NCBI GenBank assembly: GCA_951804945.1
Contig: OX638150.1
Coordinates: 45,260,001 to 45,324,000, forward strand
From: Podarcis cretensis
Lineage: Eukaryota
Direction: 5' to 3'
DNA length: 64,000 nucleotides
Positions 1-11,945 of this stretch are shown here, piece after piece (positions within the stretch are counted from its first letter, which is position 1; each line of letters begins with the position of its first letter). A program made the translations under genes and the position numbers. The notes under the pieces are model-generated. The model worked only from the letters and a program-made list of their open reading frames with translations, did no database searches and had not been told where the DNA came from.

Positions 1-1282
1 TCAGATATTGCATGATGGGCTATAATTTAATATGGTATTTAACCTTTTAAATGTGCTTATCCTTTTCTCTTTTTTTTTGTCTACCGCTAAGTCATTTCAC
101 AGTTGAGTTGCAGTAGTCAGCAAATGAACCCATTCACAATATCCACATGGATATCACTGAAATAAAACCAGCTATGAATATCAACCAGTTACTTCTTCTT
201 CTGCCTTCATAAAACCTTCTATATTGGGGTGATGTACAGGGATGCAAGATTTAGGCTGGGTTCTCTGCACGGTGTTGTGACTCTTGTCTATTTCTCGACT
301 ACTCCCCATGCTTGTCGAGACAGTAAGCTCTTCTGTGCAATGCCTTTTTTATTATAAGTGCTCTCATATTTGCATAGATGGCATTATGTCAACATTATAC
401 ACAAAAGTGTATATAAAAACTCACCTCTGGGATCCCCACTCTTGTATGCTAACAGTGCAATCCTACATATTTCTGTTCAGAAGTAAATCTTGCTGAGTGC
501 AATAGGACTTAACTTTTAAGTGGGTATAGCTTTGCAGCCTTGGAAAACTAAAACCAAAGCAGGGCTGTGCATTAGTAGGTGGCTTAGTGTCCAGGGACTC
601 TCACTGAATTCTATGCAGCAAAACAAATAGGCTGCAAATGGCAACAATATTGGGAGATAAATTGGGTTCATTGGGTACAGATTTAGCTCACATTCCAATA
701 AAATTATTGGGAACACATCCTTTAATTTTTTTAATCCTTTAATTTTGCTTCCAGGGCATTTTGAGATGTATTTTCAACAAACATGGAAAGTGCTGTGCCA
801 AACAGCTAGAAACTATTTTTAAAAAAGAAAAGAAAATTAATGCAGCTCTTGGATCACCTTGCAAAACTGTAGGTAGTTGACCAGTGTTCTGGAGGTACAT
901 GCATTAGACTTATTGCAGAAGTCTAATGCATGTACCTCCATCCTCATCCATGCACTGGTGTGGACGGTGCAAACCAGGGATACTGGCTCCAAATTGTGGC
1001 ACAGCCATAATTCTCTCTCACTGTTCATTTTTGCATTGAGATGGAGAAATGAACTTGCTTGGAAAAAATATGGGTTTGTTTCCACTGATAATAGTATAAG
1101 GTCAGTGGCAGAGAAAGAGAGAGACAGATTAAGAGTGAATCAAATAATGAAATCCAAACTTCAATTCTGTTCCAATTTAAGCTGTAAAAAAATTCACCAG
1201 TTGGAGACTATCCTCAAGATTGTATATATAGGAAATCCAGCAAGAGAAATGTATGCAATTTGGCCTTTTACATATAGTCATA

Positions 1283-1410
1283 TTGAAGATGTGTGCATGT
1301 ACATGAAAGCTTATACCCAGAACAAACTTGGTCTCTAATTTTTGGGACAATTTTAATTTTTTTATTTATTTATTTCAACCGCGTCAGACCAACACAGCTA
1401 CCTACCTGTA
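1283..1410 (+). mobile_element. Penelope-like element terminal-repeat remnant with degenerate hammerhead ribozyme motif
   Basis: tTGAAGA-tgtgtgcatgtacat-GAAA followed by gcttatacccagaacaaactt..ggtctctaa..cagaccaacacagctacctacctg, resembling a common lizard Penelope-like terminal repeat as recalled. Confidence 0.6.
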
Positions 1411-1806
1411 CCTTGGAAATATTTTATACTGAAAGGCGAGGTATGAGTCAATAATAAAAGCAAATATTCTTTTACATTTTCTTTATTTATATTTTTTTTT
1501 AGTTTAAGAATTACACACTAGCCAACATTATTATATATTTACATGCTGAAACTGGCTGTAGTAAGTTTAGATTCAAGAAAATATCTCTTATGTGCTACTC
1601 AATTTACAATCATCATTTGACTACCTCCATGATCCCAGAGGTTAGCAGTCCTTTTGAGAAAAACATGAAAATCTGATGCAATGATATCCACTAGTATTTT
1701 GCATTTTCTAGCCATTGGAAAATGTGCATTATGTGCATATTAGAAAGGCTACAAGGTCATTAGTAAGGCTGATGATTACTACATTATGAAGTAAATAGTA
1801 CTAAGT

Positions 1807-1812
<6 letters not shown>

Positions 1813-1849
<37 letters not shown>
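1813..1849. repeat. (AG)n microsatellite
   Basis: About 18 perfect units. Confidence 0.95.
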
Positions 1850-1852
<3 letters not shown>

Positions 1853-4129
1853 ACGGTGCAAAGACAGTACTAACAGAACCATTTAAACACCCATGCAAAT
1901 TAAAATGTGAAAACTCAAAACATAGTCAACTTGATAGAATTTTTGGATGTTTTAAATGCCCGTGTTAACTAACTCAAACTGTACAATGAACCTTAAATAT
2001 ATTTTCGGGTGAAATTTTCTATAAATGGCATTAACAATGAAAACATATAAAATGCTGATAAACTTGAATTAGATAACTTTGAGAGATGTGTGAAGCATTA
2101 AGAAAATAATTTAAACAAACTCTCCAACTAATATCGAACTGCAGCTAAGGTTGCCACCATTTCAAAATAATAGTAATAACAAATTCATCATCAGAGCACT
2201 TACAGAAATAATTTGACACATAAGGTATGTGTTGTATATAACCTGCAAAGATAATGAATTCCAATATATCAATTAATTAAAATGGATAGAGATGCTATCT
2301 GTATAAGCTAAAATATGGTAGTGATTAATTAACATTCCATTTATTCCTCAAAAATTCAGACAAATGTTTCCTAGTGCATTTTGTTAAACTTTACCTTTGG
2401 TGTTAAGCAGTGTCTTGATAGTGTTCCCTTTAAATAAATTTCTAAAGTAAAGATTCTTTGGCATGGGGGGGGGGGGCTGGAGTAGGGCTAGGTTGGTAAG
2501 GAAGAGACTACTATACACTGACAAATATGCCTTTCTGAAGACATTTACCTTCATGAAACAATGTCTAGAGGCCTGACCTTCATTTATACTCAAGGGGAAT
2601 GATGCAAAGAGCATGTGGGGTTCTGATATGCACATGGAACTCTAAATGTGCACGACCCTGCTTTGGTGTTTGGTACGGAGGCACCAGGCCCATGGTAAAA
2701 TCATTGGTAGAGGACGATCACACAGGCACAGTTCTTCTGTTCTAAGTCCACTTACTATAGCATGCACTGTCCATCTGCATTGCCCATTGTGCAGACCGCT
2801 CGCCTTTTAATTCTTCCATAACTGGAAACATGAGCTTTGCTCCTCTGTCATGATGGCAAAAAGCCACTATGTTCTAAAAGGTAGAGAATTTTTAAAGGAG
2901 CCCATCATAACACACAGGTCAGGTCTCCTTTCTCTAGCCATAGGTATGCTCATTCAACTACATGATTTCATCTTGCCTGGGGTCTACTTTATAGCATGCT
3001 GATTAGCCCAAGGGTTAACTCAGAGCTGCCCATTAAAATGGAGTTGCACCAGCCCTATTCTCTCAAGATCATAGCTTTAGTGCAAGTGAACATCAAAGCA
3101 TGTCTTTCTGTTGCCGTGTCTACAAAATTCCGCTATGGATCTCCAATCTTAGAAGGAGCACTGCGCCAGCAGTTACTGCCCAGTCTCTTTAGTGTTGAGA
3201 AAGCTGAAATATCAATCACTCAATATGTGCAGGTATTTACGAGATGCTAATGCAAATAGGGCATGCGCACATGTACATCAGAGCCACTGGATGGAGTCGC
3301 TAACTGAAAACTCTCAGTCGCTTGATTTCTCTCTGCATTATGTCAATGATCCAGCTAATGGTCTGTGCATTGACTGTTATAAAGTTGCACTTCCCACAGA
3401 TTTGTGTGTTAAAATTCTTTTCTGGAATCCAAGTCTTATGCAAAAGGGTGTTTAAATTATTCTGCTAGAGAACTGCAAATATTGTACTTGGTTTTTTTTT
3501 TAAAAAAAATCACTGAACAATTACTGTTTCTATTGACTGCTCATTTACAGCTTATTTAAATATTTACATGATTTTAGGACACTAACCTAAACCATAAATA
3601 GAATCAGCTTTTTGCCTTACATTAAGTACAAATTAGAAGTTAAAAATGTTAAGAAATCTGATAATATTTACACATGTTCGGTTTTAATTATGATTGCTCA
3701 CTTTGTATGTTCTATGTACAGATAGCAAAATGTTATGACCACTACTTTAAAAGTATTGTACCCTGGCCTTCCTTTTTGCTTTTTTCCATATAAATATTTC
3801 ATATTTTTCCCGCTCCTTCTAGGTATTAGGACTTTTTTTTTTAAGTTACTAGTGGACAATGTTTTTATTTTAAAAAAAGAGAAGAAACAGGCAAGCAATG
3901 TGAGAGCTAGTCTACTTTGAGATGCTAGGAGGTACAGTACTATCATAATGTCAAACTCTGAAATGCTTCGTAAGAATCATATGCATTGATCTGCTGATAT
4001 AGAAATGCCCAGTCACCCTGTATAGTAAGATTTTAATTACATTAATAATTTGCTTTCTCAAAAAAATATTCACATATCATTTGAATATAGAAAGAAAACT
4101 GTTATTAGCTTATTCCTTTAAAACACCTA

Positions 4130-4679
4130 TGTAAGAGTCTAGCCCAAATCCAGACAACCACAAGAGCTACAGGAGGGAGGATGCCTGCCTGCATACCAAA
4201 AAAGAAAGAAAGAAAGGAAAGGAAAGATAGGGCTCAGCAGCACCGTCTTAGTCTCCGCCTGGATCATCCACCAGGAAGGCAAGAGCAGGCAGTGCTTGCT
4301 TTTGACTCTGTGAGCCCTCTTCTCCTTTCCCATAACTGACTGGCAGTATAAGCATCTCACCCCCTTCAGTACAGATCATCTCTTAAGTGGGGGGCAGGAG
4401 CATCAAGACAGAGTCCATGTGACCTTTTGCTTACTCCGCATTCCTGTTTCCTTCTCACTGTGTGGATGTGATATAAAGGGAGAAACCACGACCCCACAAC
4501 TCTGCTGGGGTTACAAACAGTTTGATAGATCTTGGAATTTCACCTCCCTGCCCCCCCCCAATTCCTTTTGGCAACCTTCCTGCGCCTCAATAAAGCAGAT
4601 CTGTGGGCAGAAACCCATTTCCATGTGGGTCGCTCTCACTGGATTAGGATGACTGTGTGCATATATCACGTATATTACA
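4130..4679 (+). mobile_element. Possible solo LTR
   Basis: 550-bp block richer in GC than its flanks, bounded by TGTAA and TTACA, with TATAAA near 4472 and AATAAA at 4589-4594. No clear target-site duplication. Confidence 0.3.
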
Positions 4680-6471
4680 CGCACACACACACAGAGGAAT
4701 ATATATACACATATTGGCATACATGTCTATATATTCGTTGTTTGCTTGGATAATGTTTAGTGTTTTTTTCCGTCTGCTTACATTAACTTTGCTAACTATG
4801 AAATTGGAACACAGTTTCAGGTTTGCTTTTTGTTTTTGTTTTTTAAAAAACATTATTTCATTTGCACTGTTAATGTACATATTACCTTAACTTAAATGGG
4901 ATTTGTTCCCCAGATATATCTATACTGTATATCTATCTATATATGCACTTACTCTCATGTTCTCTATGCATTGTGCTTTTGTGTCTGGCAGATTCTAAGA
5001 CCCACCCCACCCCCATATTAGAATATAAAAATTCTCAGATGTTTCCTTCAGTGCTATTATTCAAGACTTTTGATTCCCCCTGGGGATGATAACAGAAAAT
5101 GTTCAGAATGACATTGCTTGGTTCTTTCTTCCCAGTCATTAAAACTGCAATAATATAGAAACATAACATTCCTTAGGCAAACACAAATATGCTGCATGAT
5201 TCTTTTAGTTTGGAAAATGCATATTAGACTTACTAGTAGTCATATACAGAACATATTTACAGAGCACTGATTGCAAAGATATTGTTAAAACTGTGCCGTA
5301 TTATATAGTAATTTTGCCATAAATTTCACAAAGATGAAGAGAAAACACCTTAATTGCTGGCTAGTATGCATCCTGAAACCTGAAAAGATGATTATTATGT
5401 GGAAATATAGACCAAACAAAACTGTGAGAGAGTATATTTTAGCTCAATTCAAAGGTAACCATGTATTTAAGTTTGCTTTATGCAACGATATTATGGTCCC
5501 CCACTTTTTAAAAGCTCAATCTAGTCTGTACACCTGTACACAGTATTTAGAATTAATTAGCTCAGAAACAGGGTAGTCTGTCTATTCCTGGAAGCATCTT
5601 TTCCTTAATAACAAAAAGGACCTCATGGAGGTGATTGTTTACTTGCTTTGTTATCCCTGTGGGTAGAATTTCATCCTCTCATTGGCAAGGTCAGATAATA
5701 TTATGGCTTGTACTATAAACTTCCAGATATCTTAAAGTGCAGTACTAGGAGCTGATTTTGTAGTTTTTTATTATAGCTGACCTGTTGAACCAATGTGAGA
5801 AAAAAAGGTATTTTCTTTGAAGGCCTATAGATCCCGTGCATTAATTACAAGGCCAATATTTTTCACACTCCTTAAACTTAATTTCTTAAAATAATAATGG
5901 GTGTTTGTACAAAGAAAATGAAAATCAGAAGAAACCATGAATACAGCATAGCTCAGCTGTCACAAAAGATGTCCTAAGCAAGGGTTGTCCGGTTGTGGAT
6001 GACATCAAAAGGCAGATGATGCCCTGACTTGTGAAGTGTACTCAGCCCCAATGCACATGGAAAAACATGAGTCGCGTATTTTTTACAAATACATCATGAT
6101 GTTCGAAATTCTCAACAATCATGTATGAACACTGGGTGCTCAGTTACCCCAATTTTAAATTTTTTTACAGAGGAAATGCTCAAACACTCATAGTGCTACT
6201 AAAAAGTCAGGTGGAGAAGATACACCAATAAATAAATAAACTCTGCAGAACTGACTGGAAGATTCAACAATACTTAGTGGATTTAACTTTTTGCCTTTAT
6301 TTTGTCCCACTGTTTCAGGAACAAGGACCATATAATAGTATGAATTACTTGAAGAAAAACAGGGGCATTTCTATAGTTCATGATTTTGAGAAAAATAATT
6401 CAGCCTCTTCCACCAGAAGATGCTGGAGAATCCAGCTATTTAAATTAAATATTTTCTCCCCAGTACTCCCT

Positions 6472-6620
6472 TAAGTATTGCGTCTAAAAAGAAACACTTC
6501 TCAAACTGAATGCAATGGAACTGGGTGAGGAAAACAACCCAACTCTAAGTATTGCGTCTAAAAAGAAACACTTCTCAAACTGAATGCAATGGAACTGGGT
6601 GAGGAAAACAACCCAACTCT
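6472..6620. repeat. Perfect 74-bp tandem duplication (2 copies)
   Basis: taagtattgcgtctaaaaagaaacac...gaggaaaacaacccaactc occurs at 6472-6545 and again at 6546-6619. Confidence 0.97.
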
Positions 6621-7661
6621 TATAAGTTTCTAAGCTGTCTGTCTTTTAAAATATATATTGTCTAAGCAGCAGACATGATTCTATTCCATCTATTTGATGT
6701 GGAAATGAGATACAAATCAAAACAGCAACTGAGAATCCGTAAGAGAGGTTTATACTAACAAGCAAACTGACACCAATTATTTGTATAGTCTTTACCTGTC
6801 CCTTACATTTGGAAACATTTGCCACTGTTTTCTCTCTTCCACAGGGAAGGACTGAGCACCGAGAGAAAGCCACCTATGAAGTCACTTGCTGGCCCACTTA
6901 CATTTGGCACTTTACACTTTAGACATTATGCTTCATGGCACACTGTAGCACATAGTTGGGAATCTCTCAAACAACTCTAAGGGTCATTGTCACACAGCAC
7001 GGTAACCACTGTGCTGCATTAACTCTTTGCAATTTATCTTCCAAATGAAATGCTTTCAAGTTTCATGAAAACTCCTCACTCACCCAAAACTTCCCTTCTC
7101 TACATCAGTAACATCATCTATTTGGGAAACCTCTGATACTCATTCTGCATGGTATGACAGTAGGCACTACTTAATTTCAAGTTAATGCATTTGACAGGTA
7201 ACACAGGAAGATGGTTTGGATTGCAACTATAACACTTCTCTCCATCCAGGTAATGTTGTGTATGCTCCAGATGAGAAGAGAGGCATGAGATACATTGCTC
7301 TTTGAACTCAAACCTATTTTCTTGCTTCCTCTTTCTGTGCTTAAACTTATGAGTGCTAAAAGGAGGGTGGAAACAACAGAATGAGGAAGTTTCAAATTCT
7401 GCCTCCAAATATCAAATGCTATTATATATTTAAAGGTCATGTTGTATACATTTGTACTGTAACTTAAATATTTCACAATTTTGCAAAGAAAACCCAAACA
7501 TTACAAAACAGATTATAGAGTGGGCCAGCAACTAAGGTGTTTTAAAATAACTTTTTGTCCTGAATAGGTTTTTTTTTGTTTTCCCTAAGTCCCACATTTG
7601 GCTGTACAACCGATTTTGAAGAGAAATCCAGTTCTTGATAGCTGTGTGGCTTTATTTTGTT

Positions 7662-8051
<390 letters not shown>

Positions 8052-9886
8052 TCAGACTCAGCCAATCACCAAGCAGGCAAGACCCAAGAAGTCCAACTCA
8101 ATGTTGGCCTACGGAAGTATGCAACTTAAAGTGGCATACATACATTTACTTGAAAGCACAGGCAAATACATTGTATGGCACTGTTAGTAGCCACATGTTT
8201 GTCTAGCAGATATCTCGGAAACTTGCGGCACTGCCACTATGCGTTAGCATGAAGTGCTGCACTTTGCTGGCCCAAAAGTTCTGTTCTGACAAGACTTCTC
8301 AGCATTTACAATTAGAATGAGCTCAAAAGAATGACGCAGCGATGAGATACATCAGGTATAACTTCTGCACTTCTGCAGTGTGAAATCCATTGGAACAATT
8401 TTGGAACTCTCATATCACTAGAGTTCAAAATGCATATTTTGATATAAAGATTAGATTCTGTGTTTAGAGAGAAAGCTGATGAGCTGTTTTACATCTGCGC
8501 TAGGACCTCTTTCAAGTTGCAGTGCCCAGGATAACAGTGTTCAATTCATCGTGGAACATCTCATCAGAACAGAAGGCTGGCCATGGCATTAGGCTGTACT
8601 TCAGAGGCAAGTCTAACCAGGCATTCATTTCAGAGTATAATCACATTAAATCTCAACACTGGTTTTGAAGTGTAATAAAAAATAATAATGCCATGTTGTT
8701 TCTGGCATTAACTGTACAAAAGGAAAGTAGCAGAGCTCTCTGTTACTCTGAGGTAAATCTTTCACTATCTGCAATTTTTTCCTCAAAAAAGTTGCCATTT
8801 TGCTTGGCAGGAGATAAGTACCAATCCTTAATTTTAATAGCTGTTATAAACCAGTTTTCTTATCAGACAATTACATTTAAATTGATGCTGAATATTATGT
8901 TAACACATTTTATAGCAATTCAGTAAATTCTTTACATTTTCATTTGAAAAGTGATGTGTTTTATTGGGCTGACTTCTAATGGTGGACAGATTCCATTTTC
9001 ATTACATGAACATATGTATAAATAGTTCAGAATAAACTGCATTTTTCTACTCTTTCACTCTAGCAATTCCTTACATGATTGTGAACTCAAATGTGTCTGC
9101 AGGATTCTCGCCCCATTTCCCAGGTCCTCACTCACTTGCATTTCGGCAATAGTTCCACTTCAAAAGTGCAGGCCCTCTGTTAATTTCTGCTGCTAGAGGG
9201 CTTGGAAAATTTTAATTCTCGTTTGACAGTATGTATGAAAATTTTCTATGGAGAATATTTATGGCAAGGGTTTCTCAAACTTTGTTTCTTATCAAATCTT
9301 GCCTTCATTTTTTATTCTTCCAAGCATAAACTAAGGGAAAATGAAGACAACTAGATAGGTTTAGGTGGGATATATTACACACAAACAATGATATTCTGAA
9401 ACCGCTAAAGAGAGCCACACATTTAAAGTAGTCTTCCACGACTGCCATTTGCTAGATCAGGAGCTGTGGGTAGGCATAAATCAAATGCACATCTGAGTTT
9501 GGATGCTGTATGTCAACACTGCATTACTTTCAAGGTCCATTTATTGATAAGAATTAATAAATAACATTGCCAGCATGTAAATTTGATTCACGTGCGTTTA
9601 GGGAGGAGGACATACTTTCAACCCCATCCCCATGGTTGCCTGTTCTTACTGCAATAATTGTCTGTGCTGCATGCTGTTTTCTGCAGAAAAATTCAAATGT
9701 GCACACAGCTACTTGAGTATACAGGTTATGTGTGATAGGCACACTACAGGTGAGTACGTGCTCACACATTTGCATTTGTCTGCTAACAACTACAGACAAC
9801 AGGGACAGTACACATGAGTAATGAGTAGTTTGAAAACTGCAGCCAAAGTTTTACATATTTATAGGTTTATAGATTATCAGTGAGGA

Positions 9887-9930
<44 letters not shown>
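9887..9930. repeat. (ATT)n microsatellite
   Basis: About 14 units. Confidence 0.95.
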
Positions 9931-9932
<2 letters not shown>

Positions 9933-11603
9933 TTAACTGATTTAACTCATTAAATGTTTATCATGATATTATATCGAAAAGTTGTTTTAAATCAAGGATT
10001 CTGAAGTAAGCTGAGTATGTTAAATTTGAAGTTGTGCTGCTAAACCCATGTGGGACTTTGCTTCTTAATTTATGAACATTTAGGTTTCAACAGATCAAGG
10101 TGTAATTTAGTCAAAGTGATCCAATTTTGCTTCCCTATTAAAATCATGTGGAGTCGGGTATTGTTTGAAACCCCTTATAATTTCTTTTTGAATATCTGGA
10201 ATGAAATTGTAATTCAAAATCTGTTCCACTGTCACAAAATATGCCTGTTGCATAGGATATGTCTGAGCTGGAAAACATTTAGGGTCTAGCCTGTAACAAA
10301 AGCAACTTAATTCTGATCAGAATGCCTGGAGTAGGTTCTCTACCACTTCCCATCGAAACAAACAGCACATTATTTCTGCAGTCCCATAACAAACATTTAT
10401 GTATGTATAAGCATAGCCATTTCATTTTACAAGACATTATTACTACCCCGTCACTGAATTTTGAAGTCGGCCAGCCAATCCCAAACAGGAGTAAACAGGC
10501 AGGGGTGAATATTCCGGGGGACCCACAGTGGATAATTGCATATTTCAACATGTATTTCATGGCATCAAGCTTTATTAAAGAATTCACCATTTTGCAAACA
10601 GTAAATTCTTTATAAAGTTGTTTTTTAAAAAATCATTTTAAAGTGAAGGAAGTTAGTCTTGTGACACAAAAACTGCAAAACAAATACGGTATTTTCAATT
10701 ACATCCAAGGTTAAAGAACAGGAGCACTGGTTAATCTGAACAGCTATACTGGGGGTGGTGGGTTGGTTGGATGGGGTGAGTCACACAAGCAGGGTAGCAA
10801 AGCTATTTTAAAGTTTCATTTTCCATTTCCAGTCAGAGTCCAGACCTCAGAAGTTAAGCCAGTCTTCAGCCTTCTACACACTTCAGGTAAAATGGAACTG
10901 TGCACTTGGCCAGAGATAAATTTGCTTGAATGTAAAATAGGGGTTGGTGTATTCTGACAAGGTCACTTTACAGAATATTGAGGGTATGAAACACTGAGAA
11001 AAAAAGTGCCTGGTAATAAATATAAATCAAATTCTCCAATGGCCAGCTTTGGAGTCTTCTATGGCTGCTGCGGAGATGCCATTAACGGTTGCTGCAATGT
11101 GAATAACTTGTCACACACCCAAAGAATTTAGGAGAAAAACAGCATATAAGCAATTTAGTATTACTCTTTTTTTCTTGTCAGATGTTTTTCTGCTGTTATC
11201 GGACTCCTTGTCGGATAACACCACAGTTTGAGAAGGCTGGAGGTCTCTACACCTTTTCCAAAGAGACATTGGAAATTACTACATAGCTGTAAATTAGTAA
11301 TGGGTGAACCTCCCAATTGATTTACTGTATAGCAGTTAGAAAGTGATTGCACGTGTCTTTAAGCTTTTCCCCGTTGGAAATTGGTCTACCTTTCATTTCC
11401 GAAACAGGAAATGCACAAGGTTACGATAAAGGATAAAAGGATGAAAAGCAAATTGACCTCATTTTTGGATCTGAAGTGAAGTTTCAGGAAGGCAACTGAG
11501 AGCACCATTGCAATACAGCAGGTTCACCCATCCCTAATGAAAATGTATGCTTATAACTATATAGAAGCTTACAATACAACAGTGAAACACATTAATTCTG
11601 CAG

Positions 11604-11945
11604 GGCGCCTTTTATCCAGACGGATCCCAAAGCGCTTTACAGATTTTTAGAAAGCGACATCACTTCACCAACAAGTGCAATCACCTCTCAGGCGAAATGG
11701 GGTGGCTATCTAACATCGCCAAACAACGCATTGTATTTTAGTACAGGAAATGAAGAATGCTGTAGCCAATTAAAACTATGCAGTGGGTGGGTGAGTGGTG
11801 GGAATGGTTCAGAAGGTAGAAGACAACTTAGAATACAACCAAAACTTGGACAGGAGCCTGGCATTAAGATGCCAGTTCTTGCAAAAAGTGCCGTGGGATC
11901 TTTAATTGACCACTAATGGTCCAAGATCTCACTAGTAAGTCTCTA
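11604..11945 (-). mobile_element. AmnSINE1/DeuSINE-like ancient SINE fragment
   Basis: Plus strand shows gcgccttttatcc..ggatcccaaagcgctttaca (reverse of the 3' tail), cacttcacc..tgcaatcacctct, caggaaatgaagaa..ccaattaaaact and tcttgcaaaaagtgccgtgggatctttaattgaccac. These are collinear with the AmnSINE1 consensus as recalled. Confidence 0.72.

Larger units (their letters stand above)
1460..7661 (-). other. GABRB2: Putative long 3' UTR of GABRB2 (end uncertain)
   Basis: AT-rich stretch after the stop with few recognisable repeats. Minus-strand AATAAA occurs at 7651-7656, 6296-6301, 5767-5772, 3864-3869, 2340-2345 and 1482-1487. Mammalian GABRB2 has a multi-kb UTR. The site actually used cannot be determined from sequence. 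Confidence 0.4.

Noticed and set aside
877-1338. 153-aa ORF, and similar ORFs at 16121-16498, 33580-33969, 45804-46193, 51388-51840 and 54243-54668
   Set aside because: No recognisable domains or exon structure; consistent with chance frames in non-coding DNA.
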